This document shows positions 1 to 10,270 of a stretch of DNA of 64,000 bases, piece after piece. Every line of letters begins with the position of its first letter. Position 1 is the first letter of the stretch. The stretch is from an uncultured cyanobacterium (GTDB lineage: Bacteria; Cyanobacteriota; Cyanobacteriia; Cyanobacteriales; CAWUOF01). The notes under the pieces are model-generated. The model did no database searches. It worked only from the letters and a program-made list of their open reading frames with translations, and was not told where the DNA came from. The stretch is taken from positions 7,328,001-7,392,000 of the forward strand of contig CAVUSO010000001.1 in assembly GCA_963744145.1 (NCBI GenBank). The letters are read 5' to 3'. Position numbers and translations under genes: made by a program.

Positions 1-1397
1 TCCACCGGTTTAGGTAAGAAATCATTACATCCAGCAGCGATCGCTTTTCCTTCATCAGCACTAGAAACACTAGCACTAGAAGCAATTATGGGGATGGTTT
101 GAGAATAATTCTGACGTACTTGTTGAATGAACTCATAACCATCCATCACGGGCATAGCTATATCTGTAATAATTAAATCTGGTTGATTTTCTCGGAGTTG
201 CTCTAATCCTTGGGCTCCATTCTCAGCTTCAATCATTATAAAACCTACATTTTTCAAGACTTCAGCTACTACTAAACGATTGACTTCTTTATCATCAACC
301 ACCAAGATAGTTCTTGGTTTACCTTGGTAACCAACGATTTTACTATTATTATCTGTAGTTGCAGCACTAATCCACCCTTGGGACAGGGGAAAATCAACTT
401 CAAACCAAAAGGTACTCCCCTGATTAAAGGTACTACTCACTTGAATTTTACTATTCATCATTGCTACCAATTGACAGCAAATTGTTAATCCTAACCCGGT
501 TCCTTCCGCACGTTTGGTTGCACTACCTACCTGTTCAAATGGTAAAAATATTTTCTCGAGCTGTTCCGGAGTCATTCCTACTCCTGTATCATCGATCGTA
601 AACCGGATTTTTACAATTTCTTCGATCTGATTTAAGACTTGGACTTTAAAAGTTACATTACCTTGGATAGTAAATTTAATCGCATTACCTAATAAATTAA
701 TTAATACTTGACGGAGAGGTTTTTCATCCGCTAATACTCCGCTAGGTAAATTTGCATCTGGTAAGTAATAGAAATTAATATCTTTTGCTTCAGCCCGAAC
801 CCGACTAATTTCGGCTACTCCAGATAAAAAAGAAGGTAAATGGAAGTCTTTGGGGAGCAATTCCATTTTCCTTGCTTCAATTTTTGCTAGATCCAAAATA
901 TCATTAATTAATGTGAGTAAATGTAACCCAGCTTGTTCAATAACATCGATTCCTTTTCGTTGTTTCGGATTTAAGTCTTGAGCGCGTTGAAAAATTTGGG
1001 TGTAACCGAGAATCCCATTTAATGGTGTGCGTAATTCATGGCTCATATTTGCCAGAAATTCACTTTTAGCTTGGTTCGCTTGATCAGCAATTTCTTTAGC
1101 TTGTTGTAATTCTATTGTACGTTCAGCTACCCGTATTTCTAAGTCTGAGTTAGTTGCTTCTAAGGTATTAAATGATTTTTGTAATTGAGTAGCCATTTGA
1201 TTAAAACAATTGGCTAATATTGCTAATTCTTTGATATTTGAACCAGGTACTTTTTCCTCTAATTGACCATGAGCAAGTGCTTGATATGCTTCACTCAAGC
1301 GATAAATTGGTTTTTGAATCGCTCTAGCTGTGAAAATTCCTAATCCCGTCGCGATCGCATCTGTTAGAATCGAGAAGTAATCCTTACTAAAAATCAA
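1..1397 (-). CDS. Hybrid histidine kinase (HAMP-HisKA-HATPase-REC); runs off the window edge; N-terminal sensor region appears missing
   Basis: Manual translation: [23 protein letters not shown] (HAMP), [22 protein letters not shown] (H-box), [18 protein letters not shown], and receiver ending [10 protein letters not shown]. Start tentative (TTG at 1397). Confidence 0.85.
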   Translation of the reverse strand, partial: MIFSKDYFSILTDAIATGLGIFTARAIQKPIYRLSEAYQALAHGQLEEKVPGSNIKELAILANCFNQMATQLQKSFNTLEATNSDLEIRVAERTIELQQAKEIADQANQAKSEFLANMSHELRTPLNGILGYTQIFQRAQDLNPKQRKGIDVIEQAGLHLLTLINDILDLAKIEARKMELLPKDFHLPSFLSGVAEISRVRAEAKDINFYYLPDANLPSGVLADEKPLRQVLINLLGNAIKFTIQGNVTFKVQVLNQIEEIVKIRFTIDDTGVGMTPEQLEKIFLPFEQVGSATKRAEGTGLGLTICCQLVAMMNSKIQVSSTFNQGSTFWFEVDFPLSQGWISAATTDNNSKIVGYQGKPRTILVVDDKEVNRLVVAEVLKNVGFIMIEAENGAQGLEQLRENQPDLIITDIAMPVMDGYEFIQQVRQNYSQTIPIIASSASVSSADEGKAIAAGCNDFLPKPV

Positions 1398-1421
1398 TCG
1401 AAAATAAGGGTATATATCAAA

Positions 1422-1528
1422 ATGAATGCCCTAACAATAGAATTACCGCTAGATGTCCCAGTTGAAGAAGCCCGATTCATACTAACGATCAAACAGTAGA
1501 AGAATTACAACAGGAGATGTATCTTTGA
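1422..1528 (+). pseudogene. Internally deleted UPF0175-like antitoxin remnant
   Basis: [24 protein letters not shown] then, in another frame, VEELQQEMYL*. Resembles the two ends of UPF0175 proteins with the middle missing. Confidence 0.45.
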
Positions 1529-1586
1529 ACTACATACAGAGCTACTTGTGTCGATCGCAAAAGTCAAACTACATAGTTAATTTCTT

Positions 1587-2507
1587 ATGAGTTCCCGTCG
1601 CATTCTCAAAACTGGTGAATCCTATCCTTTCAGCAGATACTTTGAGTTATCTTTTATTATTGATGATATTTTAGCTGAATTAGATTGTACGATCGCTAGA
1701 AAAAATTTAGCTCTAACTCAATCTTCTCAACCTGTAAACCTAGATTTTCTCCAACAACAGATTCAGCGGAATTTAGCTCACATTGATTTAGTCAATGAAA
1801 CTGCTAGACGGGAAGCTTTAATTAGTCCTGTTTTGGTTGAGGTATGCAATTTAACTGATCAGCGACTGAATATTGAATATTCTATTGAAGTCAATGATTA
1901 TCTGAAAGGAACTCTCGACTATTATATTGCTGCACCTCAAAATTTATTGGTTGTATACCAATTAACTATGAAATTGCACTTAATCTGAGGTTGATCTGTT
2001 AGGTCAGGGCAGGTTTATAATGGTGATCTGTTGGTGGCAAAATTGACTGGTGAACCTGCCCCTACCAATTTTATCCTCAATTTGCGGATTTCTGTAGTAG
2101 GGGCGGGTTCGCCCAGATTTTTGAAATTTACCAATTAATTAGAAAAACCCGCCCGGGTTCACCGAGATGTTTGACATTTACCTACTAATCATCAAAACCC
2201 ACCCTCACCCACAGATCAATATACATCAATGTATCTTCATAGTGAATTGGTAGTAGCAGCAAAACAATCGGATTTGGTGAGAGGATTTACTCAACTTGCG
2301 GTGGAATTAGTTGCTCTTGATCAATGGACTAAATCTACCTCTGATTTTATTTATGGAGTAGTTACTACTGGTGAAGATTGGTGTTTTGGCATTTACGATC
2401 GCCCAAATCGACAAGTAACTCAAGATCAAAAACGCTATCAGATTCCTGAAGATTTGTTGACACTTGTTCAGATTTTGATTAATATTGTTAGTTGCTCACC
2501 AAGATGA
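1587..2507 (+). pseudogene. PD-(D/E)xK-like (HsdR N-terminal-like) cyanobacterial protein interrupted by a MITE; restores to 206 aa
   Basis: ORFs 1587..1988 and 2229..2507 join in frame (NLLVV|AAKQSDLVRGFTQLAVEL) after removing 1956..2255. Motifs NETARRE, GTLDYY, YGVVTTG. Confidence 0.8.
1956..2252. mobile_element. MITE copy 1 (297 bp), 17-bp imperfect TIR, GTA target duplication
   Basis: Ends TACCAATTAACTATGAA / TTCATAGTGAATTGGTA; GTA at 1953-1955 and 2253-2255; near-identical to 7061..7358. Confidence 0.92.
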
Positions 2508-2512
2508 TGTTT

Positions 2513-2530
2513 GTAGTAAGCGCTTACTAC
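2513..2530. terminator. GTAG-type palindrome between convergent genes; REP-like or bidirectional terminator
   Basis: GTAGTAAGCGCTTACTAC is a perfect palindrome. Confidence 0.5.
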
Positions 2531-2541
2531 GAACGGAATAT

Positions 2542-4779
2542 TTATTGTAATCTTCTAATATGCAATTGAGCATCTTGGTAGCATCCTGTAAATCCTAAAT
2601 CTAAACAGAGACTAGATGCTTTTTGTAAATCTTCGATCGCACCTAATTTATCACCCATTTCAGCCCGAGTTTTTCCTCTCCCAGCTAAAGCATTAGCTGC
2701 ATTTGGATTGAGTCGTAATGCTTGGGTGAAGTCTTCGATCGCTTTGGGATAATCTTTCAATTCATAACGTGCTGTACCCCGATTAGTATAAGAAACTGCG
2801 TCAGCGGGATTAATCCGAATTGCTTGAGTAAAATCAGCGATCGCACCAACTTTATCATTAATTGCGGAACGAGATAGTCCTCGATTACTATAAATTTTAG
2901 GATCATTTGGGTTAAGTTGAATCGCATAGGTGCAATCTTCGATCGCTTTAGTATTATCTCCCAGGTTAAAATAAGCAATACAACGATTATCGTAAGCAAC
3001 TGTATTTTTCGGAGCTAATTTAATCGCTTGGGTGCAATCATCAATGGCTTTCTTATAATCTTTCAAATTTAGATTAGCTCCACCACGATTAGCATAAGCT
3101 TCTGCATCTTTGGGATTAATATTAATTACTTGACTGTAATCTTCCATTGCACCTTGGTAGTCAGCTAAAAAAAATCTAGCTCTACCGCGACTATAATAAG
3201 CATCTGCATCTTTAGGATCGATGCGAATTGCTTGGGTAAAATCTTCGATCGCTCCTCGTTTATCTCCAGAAGCAGAACGTGCTAAACCTCTTCCTTGATA
3301 AGCGATCGCATCATTAGGTTTCCATTGAATTGCTTGGGTAAAGTCTTGGATTGCGGTTTGATAATCTTGCAAATCATAATAACTTAACCCACGTTTATAA
3401 TAAGCATCAGGGTCATTGGGTTTGAGTCGTAATACTTGAGTAAAATCCTCAGCTGCTCCTTTTGGATCTTTTTGATCATACCGAGCTAAACCTCGGTTAA
3501 AATAAGCAGTCACATTATTGGGATCGAGTTGAATAGCTTGACTATAATCAGCGATCGCTTGTTGATAGTTTCCTAAATCATAAAAAGTATTGCCTCGTTT
3601 CCCATAAGTCACCACATCACTAGGATTAGCTTGTAGTGCTTGATTAAATTCCGTGATCGCACCTTTACCATCACCTGATGACAATTTTTCTATCCCACGA
3701 CTGTAAAAATTCTGGTTATTTAGTTGCGGTTGATGCCACCAGAAAATCAACCATCCTCCTAGCAATCCTAATCCTAATATTCCCACAATCCAACGCCACT
3801 TCAGTAATAAAGAATCAGAGATTTTATTAATAACTTCCTTCAGTTCTGGTTGGTTTTCTACTCTGGTGACGGTCGGGAAATTATCCTGAGTATTTTGAGA
3901 TGAGATCACTAGACGCGGTGGTGGTGGTGGTGCAACAATGGTAGTCCGAATTTTTTTTAAATCATCTAAAACTTCCCCTGCGGATTGATAGCGAATATCT
4001 AAGTCTAAATGAACCATTTTGTCAAGAATATCAGCTAGGGTATTATTAGGATGGGATGACAATCGCCACTTAAATTCACCATTGTTGCAATTATGAGGAT
4101 GTCTGAGATTTAATAATTCTTGAGGTGCTAATCCCGACAAGAGCTGAATCCCAATCATTCCAACTGCATAAATATCGCTACTAAACAGGGGATTACCTTG
4201 TAATTGTTCTAATGGCATATATAAAGAAGTCGGGATCGCATCGGTGGCGATCAATTTGTCCCCATTATTCAGAATTTGGGAATTGATTTCTTTAATTGGA
4301 CCAAAATTAATTAACACCATCTTGCCGTCCGGCTGGCGTCTAATTAAATTATCTGGTTTAATATCTAAGTGAATTACACCATTTCCGTGGACAAACACTA
4401 AAATCTCTAGGATTTCCTGGAGTAAACGGATCACTCGCTCTTCCTGGAGCGGGTTACCGACGACAATTTCGTGGGTTAAGGAGTTACCCGGAATAAACTC
4501 TTGGACTATATAAAATTCTTGGTTAACTTCAAAATAGGCTAGCAATTGGGGAATATGGTCATTTCTACCTAATTTTTCCAGGGATTCAGCCTTTTTTTTA
4601 AACAGAAGTTTAATAATTTGGATAGCTCTGGGGTTACTGCTCGGAGGACGAAGTTGTTTGACCACACATTGAGGATAATTAGGAAGACGTGTGTCAGCAG
4701 CTAAATAGGTTTGTCCAAAAGCACCCGAGCTGAGAACTTCTATTAATCGATAACGTCCATCTAAAAGTTGACCAATCAT
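2542..4779 (-). CDS. Ser/Thr kinase-like membrane protein with C-terminal TPR array; probable pseudokinase
   Basis: Hanks-type N-terminus (CVVKQL, HLDIKPDN, NFG), TM segment WIVGILGLGLLGGWLIFWW, about 10 TPR repeats (AI.DFTQAI.LNP). Confidence 0.9.
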   Translation of the reverse strand: MIGQLLDGRYRLIEVLSSGAFGQTYLAADTRLPNYPQCVVKQLRPPSSNPRAIQIIKLLFKKKAESLEKLGRNDHIPQLLAYFEVNQEFYIVQEFIPGNSLTHEIVVGNPLQEERVIRLLQEILEILVFVHGNGVIHLDIKPDNLIRRQPDGKMVLINFGPIKEINSQILNNGDKLIATDAIPTSLYMPLEQLQGNPLFSSDIYAVGMIGIQLLSGLAPQELLNLRHPHNCNNGEFKWRLSSHPNNTLADILDKMVHLDLDIRYQSAGEVLDDLKKIRTTIVAPPPPPRLVISSQNTQDNFPTVTRVENQPELKEVINKISDSLLLKWRWIVGILGLGLLGGWLIFWWHQPQLNNQNFYSRGIEKLSSGDGKGAITEFNQALQANPSDVVTYGKRGNTFYDLGNYQQAIADYSQAIQLDPNNVTAYFNRGLARYDQKDPKGAAEDFTQVLRLKPNDPDAYYKRGLSYYDLQDYQTAIQDFTQAIQWKPNDAIAYQGRGLARSASGDKRGAIEDFTQAIRIDPKDADAYYSRGRARFFLADYQGAMEDYSQVININPKDAEAYANRGGANLNLKDYKKAIDDCTQAIKLAPKNTVAYDNRCIAYFNLGDNTKAIEDCTYAIQLNPNDPKIYSNRGLSRSAINDKVGAIADFTQAIRINPADAVSYTNRGTARYELKDYPKAIEDFTQALRLNPNAANALAGRGKTRAEMGDKLGAIEDLQKASSLCLDLGFTGCYQDAQLHIRRLQ

Positions 4780-4897
4780 GGCAGTACCTCAGTCTGTCAT
4801 TATTTAATTTTTGCATAATAGCTAAACTCCGGAGTTTAAGCAGCATGATCAACTAATATCAATTAACCCACCCCGCTTGCAATGGTCATCGCTGAAA

Positions 4898-6283
4898 ATG
4901 TCAGAACAATTACCTAGAACTGAAACTATTGCCGCGATCGCGACTGCGATTGTTCCTCAGCAAGGAAGTATTGGTATTGTAAGGTTATCAGGATCAGCAG
5001 CCATCACGATTGCTCAACAACTTTTTCATGCACCCGGACATCAAATTTGGGAAAGCCATCATATTCTCTATGGTTACATTTATCATCCCCAAACTCAACA
5101 GCTAGTCGATGAAGCTTTGTTACTGATTATGAAAGCACCACGTTCTTACACCCGTGAGGATGTGGTAGAATTTCATTGTCATGGCGGGATCATGGCTGTC
5201 CAGCAAGTGTTACAGCTTTGTTTAGGAGCTGGAGCTAAATTAGCCCAACCTGGAGAATTTACCTTACGTGCTTTTTTAAATGGACGTTTAGATTTAACTC
5301 AAGCTGAAAGTATTGCTGATTTAGTGGGAGCGCGATCGCCACAAGCTGCTCAAACTGCTCTAGCTGGGTTACAAGGTAAATTAGCGACTCCGATTCGTCA
5401 ACTGCGAACTCAATGTCTGGACATTTTAGCGGAAATTGAAGCTCGAATTGATTTTGAAGAAGATTTACCTCCCCTAAATCAAGATCAGATTATGACTCAA
5501 TTTCAGCAAATTTTGGTCAAGGTGACGAAAATTTTGGCAACTGCTCATCAAGGTGAATTATTACGCATCGGTTTAAAAGTAGCGATTGTGGGTCGTCCCA
5601 ATGTGGGAAAATCTAGTTTATTAAATGCTTGGAGTCAAACTGATCGAGCGATCGTCACTGATTTACCTGGTACAACTCGTGATGTGGTCGAATCTCATTT
5701 AGTTGTAGGTGGTATTCCCATTCAGGTATTAGATACCGCAGGGATTCGCGCAACTTTTGATCTGGTTGAACAAATGGGAGTCGAGCGATCGCTTTTAGCA
5801 GCTGAATCCGCGGATTTAATTTTGCTGACTATTGACGCTCAAGCAGGTTGGACATCAGCTGATCAAGAAATCTATGCTCAAGTCCAACATCGTCCTCTAA
5901 TTTTGGTGGTCAACAAAATTGATTTATGTGCTAAAATTGAGCAATTAGCCTTACCGAGTCCAGTGAATCGAGTTGTCTATACTGCTGCTGCTCATCACCA
6001 AGGAATTGGTGATTTAGAAACAGCAATTTTAGCAGTAGTCAATCTAGAAAACTTACAAGCTGCCAATTTAGATTTTGCCATTAATCAGCGACAATCTGCT
6101 GCCTTAACTAGAGCAAAAATTGCTTTAGAACAAGTCCAAACCACGATCGCAGCTGAACTCCCTTTAGACTTCTGGACAATTGATTTACGTGGTGCCATTC
6201 AAGCTTTAGGTGAAATTACTGGTGAAGAGATAACCGAATCAATTCTCGATCGCATTTTTAGTCGTTTTTGTATTGGCAAATAA
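4898..6283 (+). CDS. mnmE: tRNA modification GTPase MnmE (TrmE)
   Basis: [22 protein letters not shown]-terminal [12 protein letters not shown] at 4898 preferred over TTG at 4877. Confidence 0.97.
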   Translation: MSEQLPRTETIAAIATAIVPQQGSIGIVRLSGSAAITIAQQLFHAPGHQIWESHHILYGYIYHPQTQQLVDEALLLIMKAPRSYTREDVVEFHCHGGIMAVQQVLQLCLGAGAKLAQPGEFTLRAFLNGRLDLTQAESIADLVGARSPQAAQTALAGLQGKLATPIRQLRTQCLDILAEIEARIDFEEDLPPLNQDQIMTQFQQILVKVTKILATAHQGELLRIGLKVAIVGRPNVGKSSLLNAWSQTDRAIVTDLPGTTRDVVESHLVVGGIPIQVLDTAGIRATFDLVEQMGVERSLLAAESADLILLTIDAQAGWTSADQEIYAQVQHRPLILVVNKIDLCAKIEQLALPSPVNRVVYTAAAHHQGIGDLETAILAVVNLENLQAANLDFAINQRQSAALTRAKIALEQVQTTIAAELPLDFWTIDLRGAIQALGEITGEEITESILDRIFSRFCIGK

Positions 6284-6449
6284 TTATGGCTTTTCGCCCG
6301 CTAATAATCTGTATACTTTTATCTTTCTTATATTATACTAATTGACAAATTTTCTAGATAGTGCTATAAACTAAATGTATCTATTTTTACCAAAGTCAAA
6401 ATTTTCAATACCTCCGCTTAAATTAACTTAGATTATTTTTTTTAAACCC

Positions 6450-6719
6450 ATGATGCAAATTACGATAGAACTTCCTCAAGAAATCGGAGAACAACTGGAA
6501 AAACAATGGGGAAATCTTCCCCAAAAAACACTAGAAGCATTTGTAATAGAAGCTTACCGTCAAGGGATACTGTCTTCGAGAGAAATCCAAAGTTTGCTGA
6601 AATTATCCTCTCGGTGGGCTACGGAAAAATTTCTGCAACAATATGATGTCTATCCTAATTATAATCAAGAAGATTTAGAACAAGATATTAAAACTATTGA
6701 AAATCTTTATCGTCCATGA
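6450..6719 (+). CDS. UPF0175-family antitoxin
   Basis: 89 aa, MQITIELP...AYRQGILS...YNQEDLEQDI; overlaps (ATGA) a PIN-like toxin gene. Confidence 0.8.
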   Translation: MMQITIELPQEIGEQLEKQWGNLPQKTLEAFVIEAYRQGILSSREIQSLLKLSSRWATEKFLQQYDVYPNYNQEDLEQDIKTIENLYRP

Positions 6720-7490
6720 TAGTTATTGCTGATACTTCTACTATCTGTTATCTAATTCTAATTGAAGAGATTGAAATTTTAGCTCAACTATTTGGAAAGA
6801 TTGTTATACCTAATGCGGTCAAAAATGAACTAATAGCTGATGACGCTCCTGACCCAGTAAAAGATTGGATCAGGATACCACCTCTATGGCTTGAAGAAAT
6901 ATCATTAACTTTAATGATAGATTCATCTTTGTCTAAGTTACATCCTGGTGAACAAGAAGTAATTATTCTGGCGGAAGAAATAGCAGCTAATTTGGTTATT
7001 CTGGACGAAAAGTCAGCTAGGAAAATAGCTTGGCAAAGAGGCTTAAAAATTATTGGTTTATACCAATTAACTATGAAATTGCACTTAATCTGAGGTTGAT
7101 CTGTTAGAGTCAGGGCAGGTTTATAATGGTGATCTGTTGGTGGCAAAATTGACTGGTGAACCTGCCCCTACCAATTTTATCCTCAATTTGCGGATTTCTG
7201 TAGTAGGGGCGGGTTCGCCCAGATTTTTGAAATTTACCAATTAATTAGAAAAACCCGCCCGGGTTCACCGAGATGTTTGACATTTACCTACTAATCATCA
7301 AAACCCACCCTCACCCACAGATCAATATACATCAATGTATCTTCATGGTGAATTGGTATTATTAGGTATTCTTGATTTAGCCGCAACCCAGAATTTGATT
7401 GATTTACCTTTGGTAATTGAAAGATTAAAAAATACAAATTTCCGAATATCTAATCATCTGGTTCAAACTCTTATAGATCGTCATCAATAA
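6716..7490 (+). pseudogene. DUF3368/PIN-like toxin interrupted by a MITE; restores to 157 aa
   Basis: MIVIADTS...LHPGEQE...LDEKSARK...GLKIIGL|LGILDLAA...NTNFRIS; in frame after removing 7061..7361. Confidence 0.85.
7061..7358. mobile_element. MITE copy 2 (298 bp), TTA target duplication
   Basis: Same ends as copy 1; TTA at 7058-7060 and 7359-7361; differs from copy 1 by one indel and one substitution that I could see. Confidence 0.92.
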
Positions 7491-7547
7491 TAAAAATGGT
7501 TTTTCAGTACATAGTATGCTAGTTTTTAAATAAAAATCCCCAAAGTA

Positions 7548-10262
7548 TTAGTTAATATGAGAATCAATCCATTTCAAAATTCCTTCATCATCAAATTCTT
7601 GAGCTAATTTCAAAATTTCCTGGCAAAAATTCCGATATTGCGGGTCAAACTCTTGTAACAGATTAACTTCCCGTTCAACTTTTTCAATATCACCGATTCG
7701 CGCAGCTTTCTGTAAAGATTCTAATTCTGCAAGGGAAGGTATAACCATTATTTTATCTTCATTCACTTCCGGTTTAACCGCAGTAAAATCCGGATTAATG
7801 ATCCATTCTATTTCCAACCGATTTCTCAATTTCTCCAACAGTTCTGGTAATTGGATTGGTTTGAGTAAAAAATCATCACTATTAAAGGGAAGTATCTGTC
7901 GATCGCTGAGAGAAAAATTATTAACAGACATCGCAATAATCGGTATTTTTTGCAATTCCGGTGAATCTTTTAGATGTCGAATCATCTCCATTCCATTCAT
8001 TTTTGGCATCACTAAATCAGTTAAAATTAAATCAGGTTTAGCGATCGCTGCTTTTTCCAAACCTTCTACTCCATCACTTGCTTCGAGCAACTCAAACCCA
8101 TAAGGTTTAAGTAAATCAATCATTAAAGTTCGACTTTCAGTGCGATTATCTACTACCAATAATTTCACTAACTCCCGACCAGTAAAACCAGTAATTATTT
8201 CTGGTTGAGTATATTTAGCTAGTTCTCCTTTTTCTACTCCTAATTCTAGGTTTAAATCAAAATGGAAATCACTTCCTGTACCTAATTCCGAAGAAACTTG
8301 TAAAGTTGAATCCATCAGTTGTAATATTTTTTGACTAATCGCTAGTCCTAATCCCGTCCCTTCCGCTTTACGTTGATTTTCTCCTACCTGTTCAAAAGGT
8401 AAAAAGATTTTATCTATTTGATCAGCAGTAATCCCTACCCCAGTATCTTGAACTGCAAACCGGATTTTTGTAGTTATTTGTCCTTGTTTAGTCACCTGAT
8501 TATTACCCAGTCCGATCACTTTCAAGGTAACCGAACCCTGATCAGTAAATTTAATTGCATTACCTAATAAATTGATTAATACCTGTCGTAACCGTTTTTC
8601 ATCAATCCGGACTCGTTCCGGTAAATTTTCGGCAAATTCACATTGAAAAATTAAATCTTTTGCTTCTGCTTTAATTCGACAAATTTCTGCTACACCTACC
8701 AAAAAACTTGGGAAATATATATCATGAACATAAATATCTAACTTTCTGGCTTCAATTTTTGCTAAGTCTAACAATTCATTAATCAGATTTAATAAATAGG
8801 AACCACTTTCATAAATAATATTGATACCTTTGCGATCGTCTTTAGTCAAATTTTGAGAACGTTGTAAAATTTGGGTATAACCTAAAATCCCATTGAGGGG
8901 TGTTCTAAGTTCATGACTCATCGAAGAGAGAAACTCGCTTTTAGCTTGATTAGCAGAGTCAGCATTTTCTTTAGCTAACTCTAATTCATGAGTTCTTTCT
9001 TTTACTTTTTCTTCCAAGGTTTGAGCATATTCAGCTAACGCTTCGTTGGCTTTTTTTAGCCGGAATTGATTATAATAATTACTAATTAAAATTCCGCTAG
9101 CGACAATTGCTAAAAATGGCGCAAAAAATGGGATTACCCAACCTTGTAAAAAAGCAGTATAGCTAATTAACCAAAGACATATTCCGGCTAAAATAATCAT
9201 CAAACCTGTACTGAGAAAGAACCAATTTTTCCCAGCAATTTTTTTCCGCAAAACCTCCCAAGTGCTAATAGCACTAACTAAAGACCACAGAACAATCCAA
9301 AGTTGATTGACCCATAGCGACCAAACTTGCAATTGATAGCGTCCATCTAAAGCACCGCTTACAATTTGACTACAAATATTCCCGTGAACTACTACACCTG
9401 GAGTAAATAATTTTTGGTTAAATAATGAATTACTATAAGGTGTTTGTAAAATATCGTTGAGACTCAGAGCTGTCACTCCAATTAAGACGATGCGATCGCG
9501 CATGAACCCAGGAGGAATCTGGTTTTTTAATACTTCAGTTAGTGATATGCTAGGAAATTTTTCTAACTGTCCTCGATAATTTAGTAAAAGCTGATATCCT
9601 CCTGTATCTTTTTGGACATAACCCCCTTCATTTCCCTGTAATGGAATCAAAGTAGTTCGACCTAAACCATATTTTTTCTGTTTTTTATCTAATATTTTTG
9701 GTTCAATTCCTTTCTGTTTTAGATAAAATAATGCTAATTTCATTCCCAAGCTTTCTTTTCCTTGCACCGACAATAAAGCTCGACGTACATTACCATCACT
9801 ATCAATGCTCAGATCGGATGCGGCAACTTGGTCAAGTTGATCTAAAGTGGGTGGAGGTGGAATTTTTTCGGGTGTGACTTTTTCCAAACCGATCAGGTTT
9901 GGTGTAGCTTTATATAAAGCAATTAACTGCTGATGTCCTGGTTCTACGGGGATGTCTCGATATAAATCCATCCCAATCACAGCAGGTTTTTGAGCCTTAA
10001 TATATTTTAGCAGTTGGGTTAAGGTCAAATCAGACATTGGCCATTGCCCGACAGCTTTAATATCAGCTTCTCCTGCTGTGACGATGACAATACGATTATC
10101 CGGTGGTTCTGATGAACGTAGACCAAAAAATTGGTCAATTGTTACCCATTCAAGCAATTGGAAAGCACCTGTGATGTTTCCAACTATGACTAATCCACTT
10201 ACAATCAGGGCAATGACAAGAATTTCTCGCCATTCTAACCATTTTCGGATCGGCAGTTTCAT
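7548..10262 (-). CDS. CHASE2-domain hybrid sensor histidine kinase
   Basis: CHASE2 motifs ([34 protein letters not shown]), 3 TMs, [13 protein letters not shown], HATPase, receiver. Confidence 0.93.
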   Translation of the reverse strand: MKLPIRKWLEWREILVIALIVSGLVIVGNITGAFQLLEWVTIDQFFGLRSSEPPDNRIVIVTAGEADIKAVGQWPMSDLTLTQLLKYIKAQKPAVIGMDLYRDIPVEPGHQQLIALYKATPNLIGLEKVTPEKIPPPPTLDQLDQVAASDLSIDSDGNVRRALLSVQGKESLGMKLALFYLKQKGIEPKILDKKQKKYGLGRTTLIPLQGNEGGYVQKDTGGYQLLLNYRGQLEKFPSISLTEVLKNQIPPGFMRDRIVLIGVTALSLNDILQTPYSNSLFNQKLFTPGVVVHGNICSQIVSGALDGRYQLQVWSLWVNQLWIVLWSLVSAISTWEVLRKKIAGKNWFFLSTGLMIILAGICLWLISYTAFLQGWVIPFFAPFLAIVASGILISNYYNQFRLKKANEALAEYAQTLEEKVKERTHELELAKENADSANQAKSEFLSSMSHELRTPLNGILGYTQILQRSQNLTKDDRKGINIIYESGSYLLNLINELLDLAKIEARKLDIYVHDIYFPSFLVGVAEICRIKAEAKDLIFQCEFAENLPERVRIDEKRLRQVLINLLGNAIKFTDQGSVTLKVIGLGNNQVTKQGQITTKIRFAVQDTGVGITADQIDKIFLPFEQVGENQRKAEGTGLGLAISQKILQLMDSTLQVSSELGTGSDFHFDLNLELGVEKGELAKYTQPEIITGFTGRELVKLLVVDNRTESRTLMIDLLKPYGFELLEASDGVEGLEKAAIAKPDLILTDLVMPKMNGMEMIRHLKDSPELQKIPIIAMSVNNFSLSDRQILPFNSDDFLLKPIQLPELLEKLRNRLEIEWIINPDFTAVKPEVNEDKIMVIPSLAELESLQKAARIGDIEKVEREVNLLQEFDPQYRNFCQEILKLAQEFDDEGILKWIDSHIN

Positions 10263-10270
10263 TAACTAAG

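Noticed and set aside
2171..2200. Outward promoter in the MITE (TTGACA)
   Set aside because: No credible -10 hexamer at 16-18 bp spacing.
1956..2255. MITE as an in-frame 100-codon insertion, intein or intron
   Set aside because: Stop at 1986-1988; copy 2 is 298 bp (frame-breaking); no intein or group I/II intron features seen.
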